Positions 54,001 through 64,000 of a stretch of 64,000 nt of DNA are shown piece by piece. How positions within the stretch are numbered: position 1 is the first letter of the stretch; every line of letters starts with the position of its first letter. A program made the translations under genes and the position numbers. A model generated the notes under the pieces. That model was not told the origin of the DNA. It made no database searches and worked only from the letters and a program-made list of their open reading frames with translations. Source of the DNA: Balanoglossus misakiensis (lineage: Eukaryota > Animalia > Hemichordata); NCBI GenBank assembly GCA_040954595.2, contig CM082580.2, forward strand, positions 7,480,390-7,544,389, read 5' to 3'.

Positions 54001-57000
54001 GAGGTTTCACAATTAATGCCCGTTAAAAGGAATCGAACGTTATAATATATCCACCATCTTTAAAACCAAAAGGTATGAACATACTATATATCATCAGTCT
54101 ATTACCTGCTTATATGCACGGACTCGTCTCTATGTTCAATCGCGATTGTTTATTTGTTACTTTTTTCATTTTTCAGATACATAAAGATGTCAAGTCCGTT
54201 TCTAAACAATTTAATCATTATCGGCGGCATTCTTTCGTATGGGGCTATCTACTTCATCGGCATAGATGGAACACATTTTAGTGATTATGGATTTAGCGTT
54301 ATATGCACGGTAAGAAGTCTGTATTCTCTCGTACCCAATTCACACTCTCTTTGAAAGGTTTATTTACGTCACGAAATGTCATATGCCAAAAAGGTATAAA
54401 TCAACGTGTTTTACAACGGAGGGAAATAGAGCTCACGTGGTTGTAAAATTGGTTTATGGAAAGTTTAGATCTTATTTCTGCCATATATAATCGTAGGCTA
54501 TATGGGGGAATTTCACAACCAATCCATTATTTGCTTAATGATCTCGAGTAAAGGTCCATTTAGATAGGCATTGATGACACGGGGATACCAGTTGCCTGTA
54601 TATGACAAGGCGACAATCGTATAGTAGGGAAACAGGTGAGATATGTTTAAATATGCAAATGTAGCCCGTGCGTTTCGCAGCATCCAGTCTATCTAAACCA
54701 TACATACGTGTACCTTCTTCGTTGTATCATCCTACAGGTGAAGTCATGGATGATTGCTGTTGGCTTTACCATTGCATTTGGTGCAATGTTCAGTAAAACG
54801 TGGAGAGTGTATAGCATTTTCACTAATATCAAAATGAAGAAAAAGGTAATATGGCATTTCTATGCATCTGCGATAAAACAAATGCGGAACTTCGGAGATG
54901 TATTTCGTGCCAAATCTTTTATTTCCTTCACAACATTATTTAAACCTCCATGCTATAAATAATACTACTGCTTGAATGTTTATTAATTACTGATTTGTAG
55001 CGTCAAACCTTTCATTGCTGGTGGGGACGTGTTCTCAGCGCTTTCGTCTCTCTCATTCACTGATAGGTTATCCGTGATTACCGTTTGTTTGGAATTGTGG
55101 CGGTGTTGCTTTTGGTGGACATTGTCATCTTGCTGACGTGGGGACTGAAAGACCCCATGCGAAGAAGGGTTGTAGAAGGGCCGGAAAGGGTAAATATGAA
55201 AACAGGAGAAACTCTGACTTTTTCTCTGTCTTAAAGACCGACAACCGTCTTATGCGCATGTGCCGCCATTTTGTCTGTTGTTAGGACAAAACACCAGCAT
55301 TGACTGCATACAATTTTGTATCCTGAAGACTCTCTGGTTTGGCACATGCGCATGAGACGATCGTCACCGTTTAATGACATTCAACGTGTCTGCCTCCATC
55401 GCATATAGCATTACATCTGCTATTACATCTGTTATTACCGCGTTTTACACCACTACATTAGTCTGTGACGTACGAAAATATAAGCCGTTGCTTTCTGATC
55501 TGCATCGTCAAGTCGGGCAGGCGATCTTTTCCCTGAAGATTTACGACGCACTACTATTCCAACAGATTCTCGTGGTTCACGATTTATCATTTCGGTTTGT
55601 TTAGAAATGGCCCGATAACGTCTGATTCTGCTTTATTGAGCAAATCCATCATGCGCATTTTTTATCGCTTTCCTTTCCACAAGCCTATAAGTTCCTCACG
55701 AAATCCACCCTCGTACAGTTTCGCTGAATGATCTATGCTTTTTTTCTGTCGATCTCAAGAAAATCCCGGTATCTGTGCTATAATAACTTAAAAGGGCTAA
55801 TGCCATGACGTATATATAGTTAGATCAAAAATCGCGCTTTATCAAGCAATGACTTAGAGACATGCAGACTAACGACTCTTGTTTGTTATATCTTTCCTCC
55901 AGCCTGCCCCTGGAGGAAAGGACAGCTCCATAATCCTCGTCACGCATCACTGCCAGAGTGAACACATGACTATATGGTTGGCAGCCATATATATTTACAA
56001 AGGCGTTTTAATGGTAACTATATATATAATTCTGTTTCTTGGAACTCCGTTCCTGAATAGCTTGGCGTCTGAAATTGCTACATGTACTTTCATTTTCCTC
56101 TTGAATAATACTTTATTCGAATTTATGGGCATTTCGGTGGACACACTTTTGAAGGAGCTAAAACCAGCAAGAGCGGCGGAATGAGACAATGATATATGGG
56201 AAAAACGGTTTTATAGCAACGGTTACATGATGCGCTTATTACCACATCTACACAATTTTACAACACATCGTCAATCAATGCTAGGATCGTGTAAGACGAA
56301 AGCGTCCCCAGTATAAAGCAGAGAATCAAAGAAAATGCTATCCTGATAGGAATACTCAATGCTGGTACAAGTATCGAGGTTAATTTCTCACGCTACGCTA
56401 CAGGTATCACAACCCATCAGGCGCGAGCACCTGGACATTATAGCATTTACCTATATTTCCCGTTGTTCGATGAACTTTTTTTCACAAGTTTACGGGGTTT
56501 CTGGTCTATTTCACAGATATTTGGTTGCTTTTTGGCTTGGGAAACCCGGCATGTCAACATACCAGCGTTAAACGACAGCAAGTACATCGGAATGAGTGTG
56601 TACAATGTGGTCGTCATGTGCACCATTGGTGGCGCGCTGTCGTTCGTCATTCGAAACAACCCAAATGCTTCGTTTGGAATCATGTCTCTATTCATACTCT
56701 TCTCGACTACAATAACACTCTGCCTCGTCTTTGTTCCAAAGGTAACGAATTTAGCTTTGAATTTTGTCATCTGTTCAGCCTAAAACCACACAACCACAAA
56801 TTTAAGTAGTTAAATTCTGAAATATGCGAACTATTGATTGGCCAACTGGCGACAACAAATGCCATCTAAGATGATGACAAATTTCCATTTTCGATATTCT
56901 ACCAAATATATCAATATGTTCTTTTCAATCAGCTTTTGGAACTGAGGCGCGACCCTAAGGGAGAAGATAGAAAAATACGGTGCACCACGAGTAAAGGAAG

Positions 57001-58511
57001 TTTGCGCATCCCTCCAAGTTCCAGCGGTACAGACTTTTCGGAGAGGGTGAGGTGTCTGAATGCGGAAAATATTAGACTGGGTAGAATACTTGAGGAGGTG
57101 AGAAATATTTCATGTGTTGATAGTTTAGCGTGGATTCGTAACAGCAGAGTGATTGTCGTCTTCCTGCCAAAATAACTTTAAACTCACCGTGACAAAATTG
57201 TTAACACCTATATACGACCTACTGACCTGTCAGACGCCACCAACTACTGCCTTACAAGGTCCTAAAAACACTCTCTCTGAAAACGCATCACTCATTAACC
57301 TATCGGACACTGACCTGTCAAAAAGCCTTTCACCCGAGTAATAGTCGCCGTCACGGACACATCTGCCAGACACCCTGACCTCCCAGACACTTCATCGCTA
57401 ATTTGTCATTCGGGCGCCTCTGATGACTGACCGATCCGTCAGGCAGTATCAGCCCTGCAAACGTGTGATTGTAGACAGCATTGCACGTCGATCTGTTAGA
57501 TATCATCTCGCACCTAACTGCCGGCTCTACTGCTCAGGAAACCAGTTACGCACATCAATTAACAACTTTCAGGAACCATGGCAACAAACACAGATATGTA
57601 ATTCAGAATGAGTCACCAGGGACAGCCGTAACGAGAAACGATTTGTCACCAACCACAGGCTGTAAAGTTAGAAATAGACTAAAACATTCAGTGTAGTCAC
57701 GTTCTTTAGTGCAATGTCAAGGGACACACGACATTGATCACGGATTCACATTGACATCGGTTTTCTGTCTTGATTTCGTTTACTAGAAAGACCGAGAGGT
57801 TTCTTTCCTTCTAGAACAACTTGGAATGGGCTATCCCGAATCACACACAGACGACATTACTCTGGATACCAGCCCGTCATACTTCCTGAACGAGGAAAGG
57901 GAACTTTCCAATCTATTTATTTCGCCGGAAAACCACACCAATCGGTAAGGTCCAGCGAAGTTTTTTTCTGTATACTGTCACCGTCGCGAGAATGTTCAAC
58001 ATTGTGACTGTCCTGCCCTGAATCAAACTTTAACTGTAAAAGGAGAATGGCAACCAACAATTTCCAGCGATTCGAGTGTACGTGTAGAGCGGCCATTTTG
58101 AATTTTAAATATTGAGGGGTAATTCTTGTTGTCATGGTTTCTCTGGCATTTGAATGTTGTCCACGTGATACATCGAACTATGGTAGATTTTTTAACCTTC
58201 TTCCTAGGACCGAAGAGCTGTCAGACCAGACTGATGATTTTGGCGGCATATACATTGGCATCCCCGTGCACATAACCCCGCCATTCTTGAAAAGCACGAG
58301 GACCCCGGACAGAAACTACGGCGTGGCCGACGAAAAGACCAGGCAATCGGATTACTACGAGTTGACGAGTAAACTACTCGACAGCCAAGACAACTCCAGC
58401 GATAGCAAGGAACTGTCACCGTCCAAACTGCGCATGGCCATGCGCGACATACAAGATGCCGACCAATTGTTGGCGTTGCCGGGTACGACTCTAAAATTGG
58501 AGAAAACTTAA
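38774..58511 (+). CDS. GABBR2: GABA-B receptor subunit 2-like class C GPCR, complete 18-exon CDS (~939 aa)
   Basis: Exons join in frame (2820 nt including stop) with GT-AG introns. VFT motifs [37 protein letters not shown]; 7TM motifs [55 protein letters not shown]; C-terminal coiled coil. Exact orthology (R2 versus an R2/R3-like paralog) needs a tree. Confidence 0.88.
42225..42280. repeat. AT-rich (AAAT/AATT)n simple repeat
   Basis: aataaataaataaataaattaattaattaataaataaat. Confidence 0.85.
46544..47152. mobile_element. 609-bp palindromic MITE with TTAA target site duplication (Kolobok/T2-MITE-like AGG...CCT termini)
   Basis: TTAA|AGGGGAAATCCGTCG... and ...CGACGGATTTCCCCT|TTAA; outer ~200 bp of the arms are near-perfect reverse complements, giving mirror ORFs 46540..46731(-) and 46938..47156(+). 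Confidence 0.92.
48622..48759 (+). CDS. GABBR2: GABA-B R2-like exon 2
   Basis: tttag|TGTGACATG: [46 protein letters not shown]|gtagt. Confidence 0.92.
49073..49243 (+). CDS. GABBR2: GABA-B R2-like exon 3
   Basis: tgcag|[23 protein letters not shown]...QDTPRFSL|gtacg. Confidence 0.92.
49336..49437 (+). CDS. GABBR2: GABA-B R2-like exon 4
   Basis: tacag|[34 protein letters not shown]|gtaaa. Confidence 0.88.
49605..49670 (+). CDS. GABBR2: GABA-B R2-like exon 5
   Basis: cgcag|[22 protein letters not shown]|gtgag. Confidence 0.9.
50179..50370 (+). CDS. GABBR2: GABA-B R2-like exon 6
   Basis: cgcag|[19 protein letters not shown]...PTISGL|gtaag. Confidence 0.92.
50633..50860 (+). CDS. GABBR2: GABA-B R2-like exon 7
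   Basis: cgcag|TPREYQMAY...HGYAYDGVW...[10 protein letters not shown]|gtaag. Confidence 0.92.
50972..51032 (+). CDS. GABBR2: GABA-B R2-like exon 8
   Basis: tatag|[20 protein letters not shown]|gtaag (phase 1). Confidence 0.9.
51274..51351 (+). CDS. GABBR2: GABA-B R2-like exon 9
   Basis: ttcag|(D)[25 protein letters not shown]|gtacg. Confidence 0.9.
51569..51719 (+). CDS. GABBR2: GABA-B R2-like exon 10 (linker + TM1)
   Basis: aacag|(G)GSAPVDQP...[19 protein letters not shown](R)|gtacg. Confidence 0.92.
54177..54309 (+). CDS. GABBR2: GABA-B R2-like exon 11 (TM2)
   Basis: ttcag|[21 protein letters not shown]...VICT|gtaag. Confidence 0.92.
54738..54845 (+). CDS. GABBR2: GABA-B R2-like exon 12 (TM3)
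   Basis: tacag|[36 protein letters not shown]|gtaat. Confidence 0.93.
55067..55189 (+). CDS. GABBR2: GABA-B R2-like exon 13 (TM4)
   Basis: gatag|[41 protein letters not shown]|gtaaa (not in the ORF track, read by hand). Confidence 0.9.
55231..55374. mobile_element. Short TTAA-bounded inverted-repeat element (mini-MITE) in intron 13
   Basis: ttaaagaccgacaaccgtcttatgcgcatgtgcc ... ggcacatgcgcatgagacgatcgtcaccgtttaa. Confidence 0.65.
55903..56013 (+). CDS. GABBR2: GABA-B R2-like exon 14 (ECL2/TM5)
   Basis: tccag|[37 protein letters not shown]|gtaac. Confidence 0.92.
56517..56741 (+). CDS. GABBR2: GABA-B R2-like exon 15 (TM5-TM7)
   Basis: cacag|[32 protein letters not shown]...LCLVFVPK|gtaac. 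Confidence 0.94.
56933..57097 (+). CDS. GABBR2: GABA-B R2-like exon 16 (C-tail, coiled-coil start)
   Basis: atcag|[12 protein letters not shown]...[14 protein letters not shown]|gtgag. Confidence 0.88.
57787..57944 (+). CDS. GABBR2: GABA-B R2-like exon 17
   Basis: actag|[16 protein letters not shown]...ISPENHTN(R)|gtaag; continues the coiled coil; phase 2 matches the next exon. Confidence 0.75.
58208..58511 (+). CDS. GABBR2: GABA-B R2-like exon 18 (terminal coding exon)
   Basis: cctag|G ACC GAA: [10 protein letters not shown]...LKLEKT-stop(TAA); candidate AATAAA signals at ~59341, ~59627 and ~60008. Confidence 0.75.
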
Positions 58512-60955
58512 CAGTCAGTGATTCATTACATTTCTGACAAACAAGCCTGGTTTCCGGCTTTTTGAAAAATGCCTGAATAGTATTTTTTTTCCGAGAGAGG
58601 AATAGGCTTTTCGAGCATTTTCAGTACTACCATTGACATGCGTGGCTGCTGTCAAAAGCCACCAATGAAAATTTCACTTTCAATCTCGAGCTTTCAATTT
58701 GATTTCTATTTCATATATGCTGGCATTGGGAATTCTGGAGATAGGAAGCCTATTAAATATAAGAAATACGACTGCCCCGTCAGATCTTTGTGAACGGGTT
58801 TCAGGTCTGGGAGCAAAACGCAAGAACGGTACGCGTGTGGTTACTCAGTAAAACAGTGCGAGAGCACGTTTGGCCGCAGATAACCGCGTGTATATCTTTG
58901 AGGAGAATCATTATTTGCTTTGAAGCTCACCTATTTTCGTTCATTAAATATGATCCTTCAGCGGTATGCAGCCCTCACGATATTGTTTTATCCCGAAGTT
59001 GATTTCGATATCTTGATATGAGACATGTTTTGTTTTATTCAGACCGCACTGTTATTCCGTAGGGCGTTTGTATTACTTGATAACTATAGGGGAATATGGA
59101 GCGAGGATTATCAGTGATTCAAGAGAATCGAATGTGGATGCAAATCTGCAGTATAGGGTTCGCATGTTCTTTGGAACGCTGCGCTCGCTTGAAAGTTTCA
59201 TACGACAATAAGCGTCAACGGCGTCCCTATGTAATTAATTACACCACTGAAAAACCCAGTACATGATAATCTCGATTAAAAAGTCAGTATTTGCTTTGGC
59301 GCGTCTATTCTTGCAGAGCACTATAGTCATCTTTGTGTGTAATAAATACATTTCTGTTCTCTGTTAGTATCGATTTAATCCTTTCTATTTACGATCACAT
59401 TTATTAAGGCGTGTCTGTTCTATTTTATTTCAGTGACGTCACATTGACAAACCCATTACTGGCAGCTGCAAGGAAGGAAGGAGAGAGCTGTCACCCTGGC
59501 TGTGGAAATAATCGGATAAATATTGTTATGCAAGATTGCTAGGAGGCGTAGCGCCGTCAACACGTCTCCTGATAATCTGTGCTTTACAAAGAGTTTTTTT
59601 TTAAAGTGGTGTAAATATTAAAATTAAATAAAAAGGACAGACGCTTTGCTCTTAATTAAGGGGAGAGTGTTTACCTGTAGCTATGCAAATATATGTGCCC
59701 TTACGCACACGCACATAGTAACGCTGGGTTACATCAACACATATCATGTATATTCACTGTAACTGTGGCCGGGATTTAATTACTCTTACAAGTACGCCTC
59801 CTAAGTATTGCCAAATCGATTTTTGTATTCTCTGATAAGTATGTCATGATCCCATTATTGTCAGTTTACATATGTACACTTTATGAGTATCTTTATAACT
59901 GCGTCTTTCAGTCATTATTTTGGTATATGACGTGATATTGATTATTGATTATTGACCTGCCAATTTGCATAGGTCTTAACACATTATACGTTCTACTTTC
60001 ATTTATGAATAAAATTTTCAGTGGGCAAATACCCGTGCCAGTGACTCCACTCGTTCAGATACCAAATGATTACTGATGATTCTTAATATCACAAACATTA
60101 TGGTGGTCTCTGATATAAAACCACCCACAAATGTTCACATTATTCAGAGGATATCACGAGTCTCATCACGGAAAAAGAAATCGCTGGACAAAGCGGGAAA
60201 TCCGAAATATGAAAGCCTGTAATTTTTAGCGTTCAATCACTTTTGACTTTCCCCAATCAAAAAGCCCTGATCGGCCATTGCTAGCAAACCCATTGTACAC
60301 GTGAAATATGATTCATGCTCGCTGCACTGATCTCAATATATACATGTACATTATTTTTTTTACCGGGGATCGTTTTCATCTGTATAAAAATTAATGTACT
60401 CCTTGGCTTCACTCTCATTTCTGTCGCTTGTAACCTTACATTGTGTCTATCGAATCTGCCACAGATAAAATGTCACCATAGATGGCAGAGATTATAATGC
60501 TACCTATCTAAGGCCATAACTAGTTTCCAAATATAGCCTGGTGGGTCCGCTAAGACGATGAGGTTGTAAGCTCCCCATATGCCATAATTCTTTTGATCCT
60601 GCGTTATTACCGTGCTGCCCGGATGAAATCAAATGCCGTTACTATACCATCATAATGGCGCCGTCGGAAAGGGATTAGATGGGACTGAGTACATGGAAAG
60701 AAGCTGGATCCTGGATCGTATTGTGTTTCTAAAGAGTGTGTGTTAGAACTTCAAGGGGTAAGCCTGCATTATTCATAGCAAATAACCCGCTCTGTACACG
60801 TTGCCATACGTTTGCATGGTTCATGTATATGAGTTATAGATCGAAGTAGTGCATATGGAAGGGGATTTGGCAAGCATTGTGAGTTTATTGATAAGGGTAC
60901 CTATTGATTTTGTCAGTAATATTGACATTATTTTTTCATCTTCGGAAAGTGGTTT

Positions 60956-61020
60956 ATTTTGTTTTGTTTTGTTTTGTTTTGTTTTGTTTTGTTTTGTTTT
61001 GTTTTGTTTTGTTTTGTTTT
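60956..61020. repeat. (GTTTT)n pentanucleotide microsatellite
   Basis: About 12 tandem gtttt units. Confidence 0.95.
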
Positions 61021-62489
61021 CCTGTCTAGCTGCGTATAGTTTGGTGTAATTTTGATACCACACTTGTCTTGCTATACACATCCGCCAGGACTGTACAGAT
61101 TGCGGTGAAATCATTTCAAACGTTTGCTTCTTCAAGCCATATCGATAAAATCACCGAGGGTTTCGTATTCTCTGCGCGAAATTAATCGACTCCGAAAGAG
61201 AGAAGGCTGATATGCGAAAGATGGCGATTAATTATCCATGCATATGCCGAGAGACTCAAATTGTCATCCGATATTCCGAGATATATTTTTCATATCGGCG
61301 CTCTGGGTAAGATACACCTGGTCTTCGTGCGGGGGACTCCCTTTTAAGTGGACGCACCAAAGATAAGAAAGAAATCAATATCGTGTTTCATTTTCTAACG
61401 TAATCTCCCTGAGGGATTTATCAAAGGGTATGAAATTTGATTGGATAAGACGATTATTTTTTCCGCGTTAAGTCCTTTCTTCCGTCTAACGAATCAGTCG
61501 TGTCACCGAGCAGACGATTCATCGAGCATTGCGTCAAATGTCAAAAGTACAGCCCACCAGAACATTGTGTTGCTTTGTCGCGCCTAACACTGAGAATTAC
61601 CTGTCGATATTTTTCCCGCAATTTACGTTTTTCTAATCAGGTGAATCAATGGCGTATATCATTCTTTAATTTTGCTCTTGAAAACCGTCTCGTCAAACGA
61701 CGCATATCAATAATGGCGATTCTGTCAAAATTTGAGTTTTGATATTTTCGAATTCTTCTTCTGGACGTTTTATTTAATGATTGAATGTTTTTGAAGGCCG
61801 GAACTACGCGAAACCAGCGTGATGTGTATACGCGACAAACACGTCTGCCATCGAGTGAATGCCCGGGCCATTTAAATATCCCAGTGCCACGCAGATTAAT
61901 GATCGACACGCGTTTCCATGTATGTTCGCCATAATTGACATTCTTCGAGAGAAAGTGTGAAAACGTCCATGCATAGTAAAACGTTTTCCTGGAAGCGTGT
62001 AGGGGAGGAGGGAAATTGGTCCGCGCGAATGGAAAATACCTAATGATCAAATGCGTCGCCATGGCAATTACGTATCTTGACATTTTGCGTAATTCAGTGC
62101 AAAAATTATGGAGAAAAGACTCGGCGGGGAATACTAGTTTGTTCCCGAACTGCACGACGTGACCAATTACGCACACCACATACATGTAACTTTTCAGATG
62201 GATTCTGTTCACATGAGCGTGCAATTTTTTTTTTCGGAACTGACTCGACTAAGGCAAGAATGAAACGGTGACCGAGCAGAATTAAACGCTCCGTGAGGTG
62301 ACTTTGTAAGGAAACATAACATCCGGAAACCCTTTGATAGTCTTTCTATAAGAGTCAGTCCCGTCCTCAAAGATTTTCTTTGAGGACTGACGTCAACTGA
62401 AAAAACAACAACCAAAGTCAGTTGAATAGATCATTTTGGCCGATAGGGGGCGCCTGACTCGTGTTTGACGTTGCAATGTTGTCATAGCT

Positions 62490-62870
62490 GACGACAGGTT
62501 ACAAATCCCACTCCCAGGTTATATTGTATTTTTTGATATTGGGCTAATGGAAAAGATAAAATATTACAAATTTCAAAAACAGACTAACAGACATATGCTC
62601 GCGCGAAGTTGCCAGGTTACAGATAAACCACTCCAGGGGATACTTGTATATTTTTGATAGAATTTTATTGAAATAAAACAAAATATTACAAATTTAAAGA
62701 CACACCTATTAGGCTAATACCTACATACTGAACTTGCATTAAATATATACGCACGCGCGAAGATGATCGGTACGGAAATAAAGCACTCCCAGTTTTATCA
62801 GTGCGTGTATGTTTTTTAATAATTTTTATTGAAAAATGATGAAAGATTACATATCTGAAAAAACGCGTAT
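62490..62870. repeat. Three diverged ~120-150 bp tandem repeat units
   Basis: caggttaca...cactcc...tttttgata...aaatattacaaattt at ~62496 and ~62613, with a more diverged copy at ~62765. Confidence 0.75.
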
Positions 62871-64000
62871 TAATTATATTAAACCAACAGTCTAAGGGAT
62901 GGGACCCACCCGCACCGGGGATTTTATTTATGTCTATATAACTTACTTGTTACGAAACTTCATCCACTGGTCTTCATTCAGCCATGGAACATACAAACGC
63001 TCACCTCATTGTAGTCTAGCTGCATGGCCCAAATATACCGTACAACTTACCGTACACTCATGCACACACGCATTCACAACAACGAGCACCTTTCGAAACA
63101 TTCAAAGCCGATGAACTTGTTGGTGCCGTAACAAAAATGACCCATGCGCCGAGCATGCAGTCATGTTGGCTTTAAAACTTTAAAATGACATCCCCATATG
63201 GCATCCGCATTGTTGCATTCTTCAGATTTGTGCATCTTCGGTTCGCTGAGCTGGGTACCGGCACCAGTCAGAATCAGGACAAAATCTTCAAAATGGCCAC
63301 AATGAAAAAAAAAAGGCTCGGTCGATACTGGGGCTTTATAATGTTAATATCGCTTACTTGTACATCATGCTTGTAACATCATAGCATCCACGTGGAACGG
63401 ATAAGGACTGGCCTCGCGCAGTCGCATATTGAGTCATAACAGCTGGTCACGTAGGACTCCCCTGGTCTTCTGATCTGCAAAACAATACAAGAATGCATGT
63501 ATAATATTATAATACGAAATTTGCATTCGCTCACGCTCGAAAACACAATGACCCACACGTGAACCCGCTACCAATCCCCCTTCCACAGAAACTGTATCGT
63601 GTTTTGGGTTTACAAAAATCGGCTGCTCACCGGTAGCGCTACGACACCGACTAGTCTATTAAACGATGCATTGTTAGGCTGAGTAACGCGAAAGGGTGGA
63701 ATTTGTAAATTGAAACGCAATGAAACACTGACTCTCGCTGTTTGACTCAGTGGCGCTTGCTCTTTTTCAGTGCTCGTCGGATGAGTGGCTGGGTTGTCCG
63801 TAACTCGTCACAAAATAAGCTATAGGGCAGACATAAAAACTGTGAAATTGCGTCTACTGCTGTTACTTTACTTGCCTCGGCTTTTACAGCAATAAACAGC
63901 GCAGAAACTCTGTTGTTGATTTGAGTTTTCTGCGCTCCGCATCAAAACACAGGCCGACGTGCAGCAGCATGGCCGTCTACTTTGACGAAAATGCCCGGAT

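Noticed and set aside
61646-62224. 192-aa minus-strand ORF
   Set aside because: No recognisable domain or supporting splice structure.
1-64000. Prokaryotic-type systems (CRISPR array, shufflon recombinase, operons), rRNA or tRNA genes
   Set aside because: Sequence is intron-rich eukaryotic DNA; no regular repeat-spacer array, recombinase ORF or structural RNA signature was recognised by eye.

Overview
Eukaryotic (animal) genomic DNA. The repeat content and gene style suggest a marine invertebrate deuterostome, but that is inference only. The right half holds one complete 18-exon GABA-B receptor subunit 2-like class C GPCR gene on the + strand (CDS 38774..58511, about 939 aa by my exon assembly, all introns GT-AG and in phase). 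The left half holds four additional copies of only its first coding exon (signal peptide plus start of the Venus flytrap domain), all on the - strand, at about 6.5, 14.6, 24.7 and 31.1 kb. Each has an open frame, its own ATG and upstream conserved block, and an intact phase-0 donor after ...DTK, and I found no downstream receptor exons between them. They form an A-B-A-B tandem duplication. This looks like a variable-first-exon cassette array (protocadherin/UGT1-style) for a GABA-B-type receptor. Its constant exons lie either left of the window or, more exotically, are the + strand gene reached by trans-splicing or inversion. Also present: TTAA-flanked MITEs (one a 609-bp near-perfect palindrome), a solo LTR, a Penelope-like RT relic and simple repeats. 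All alignments were done by eye.
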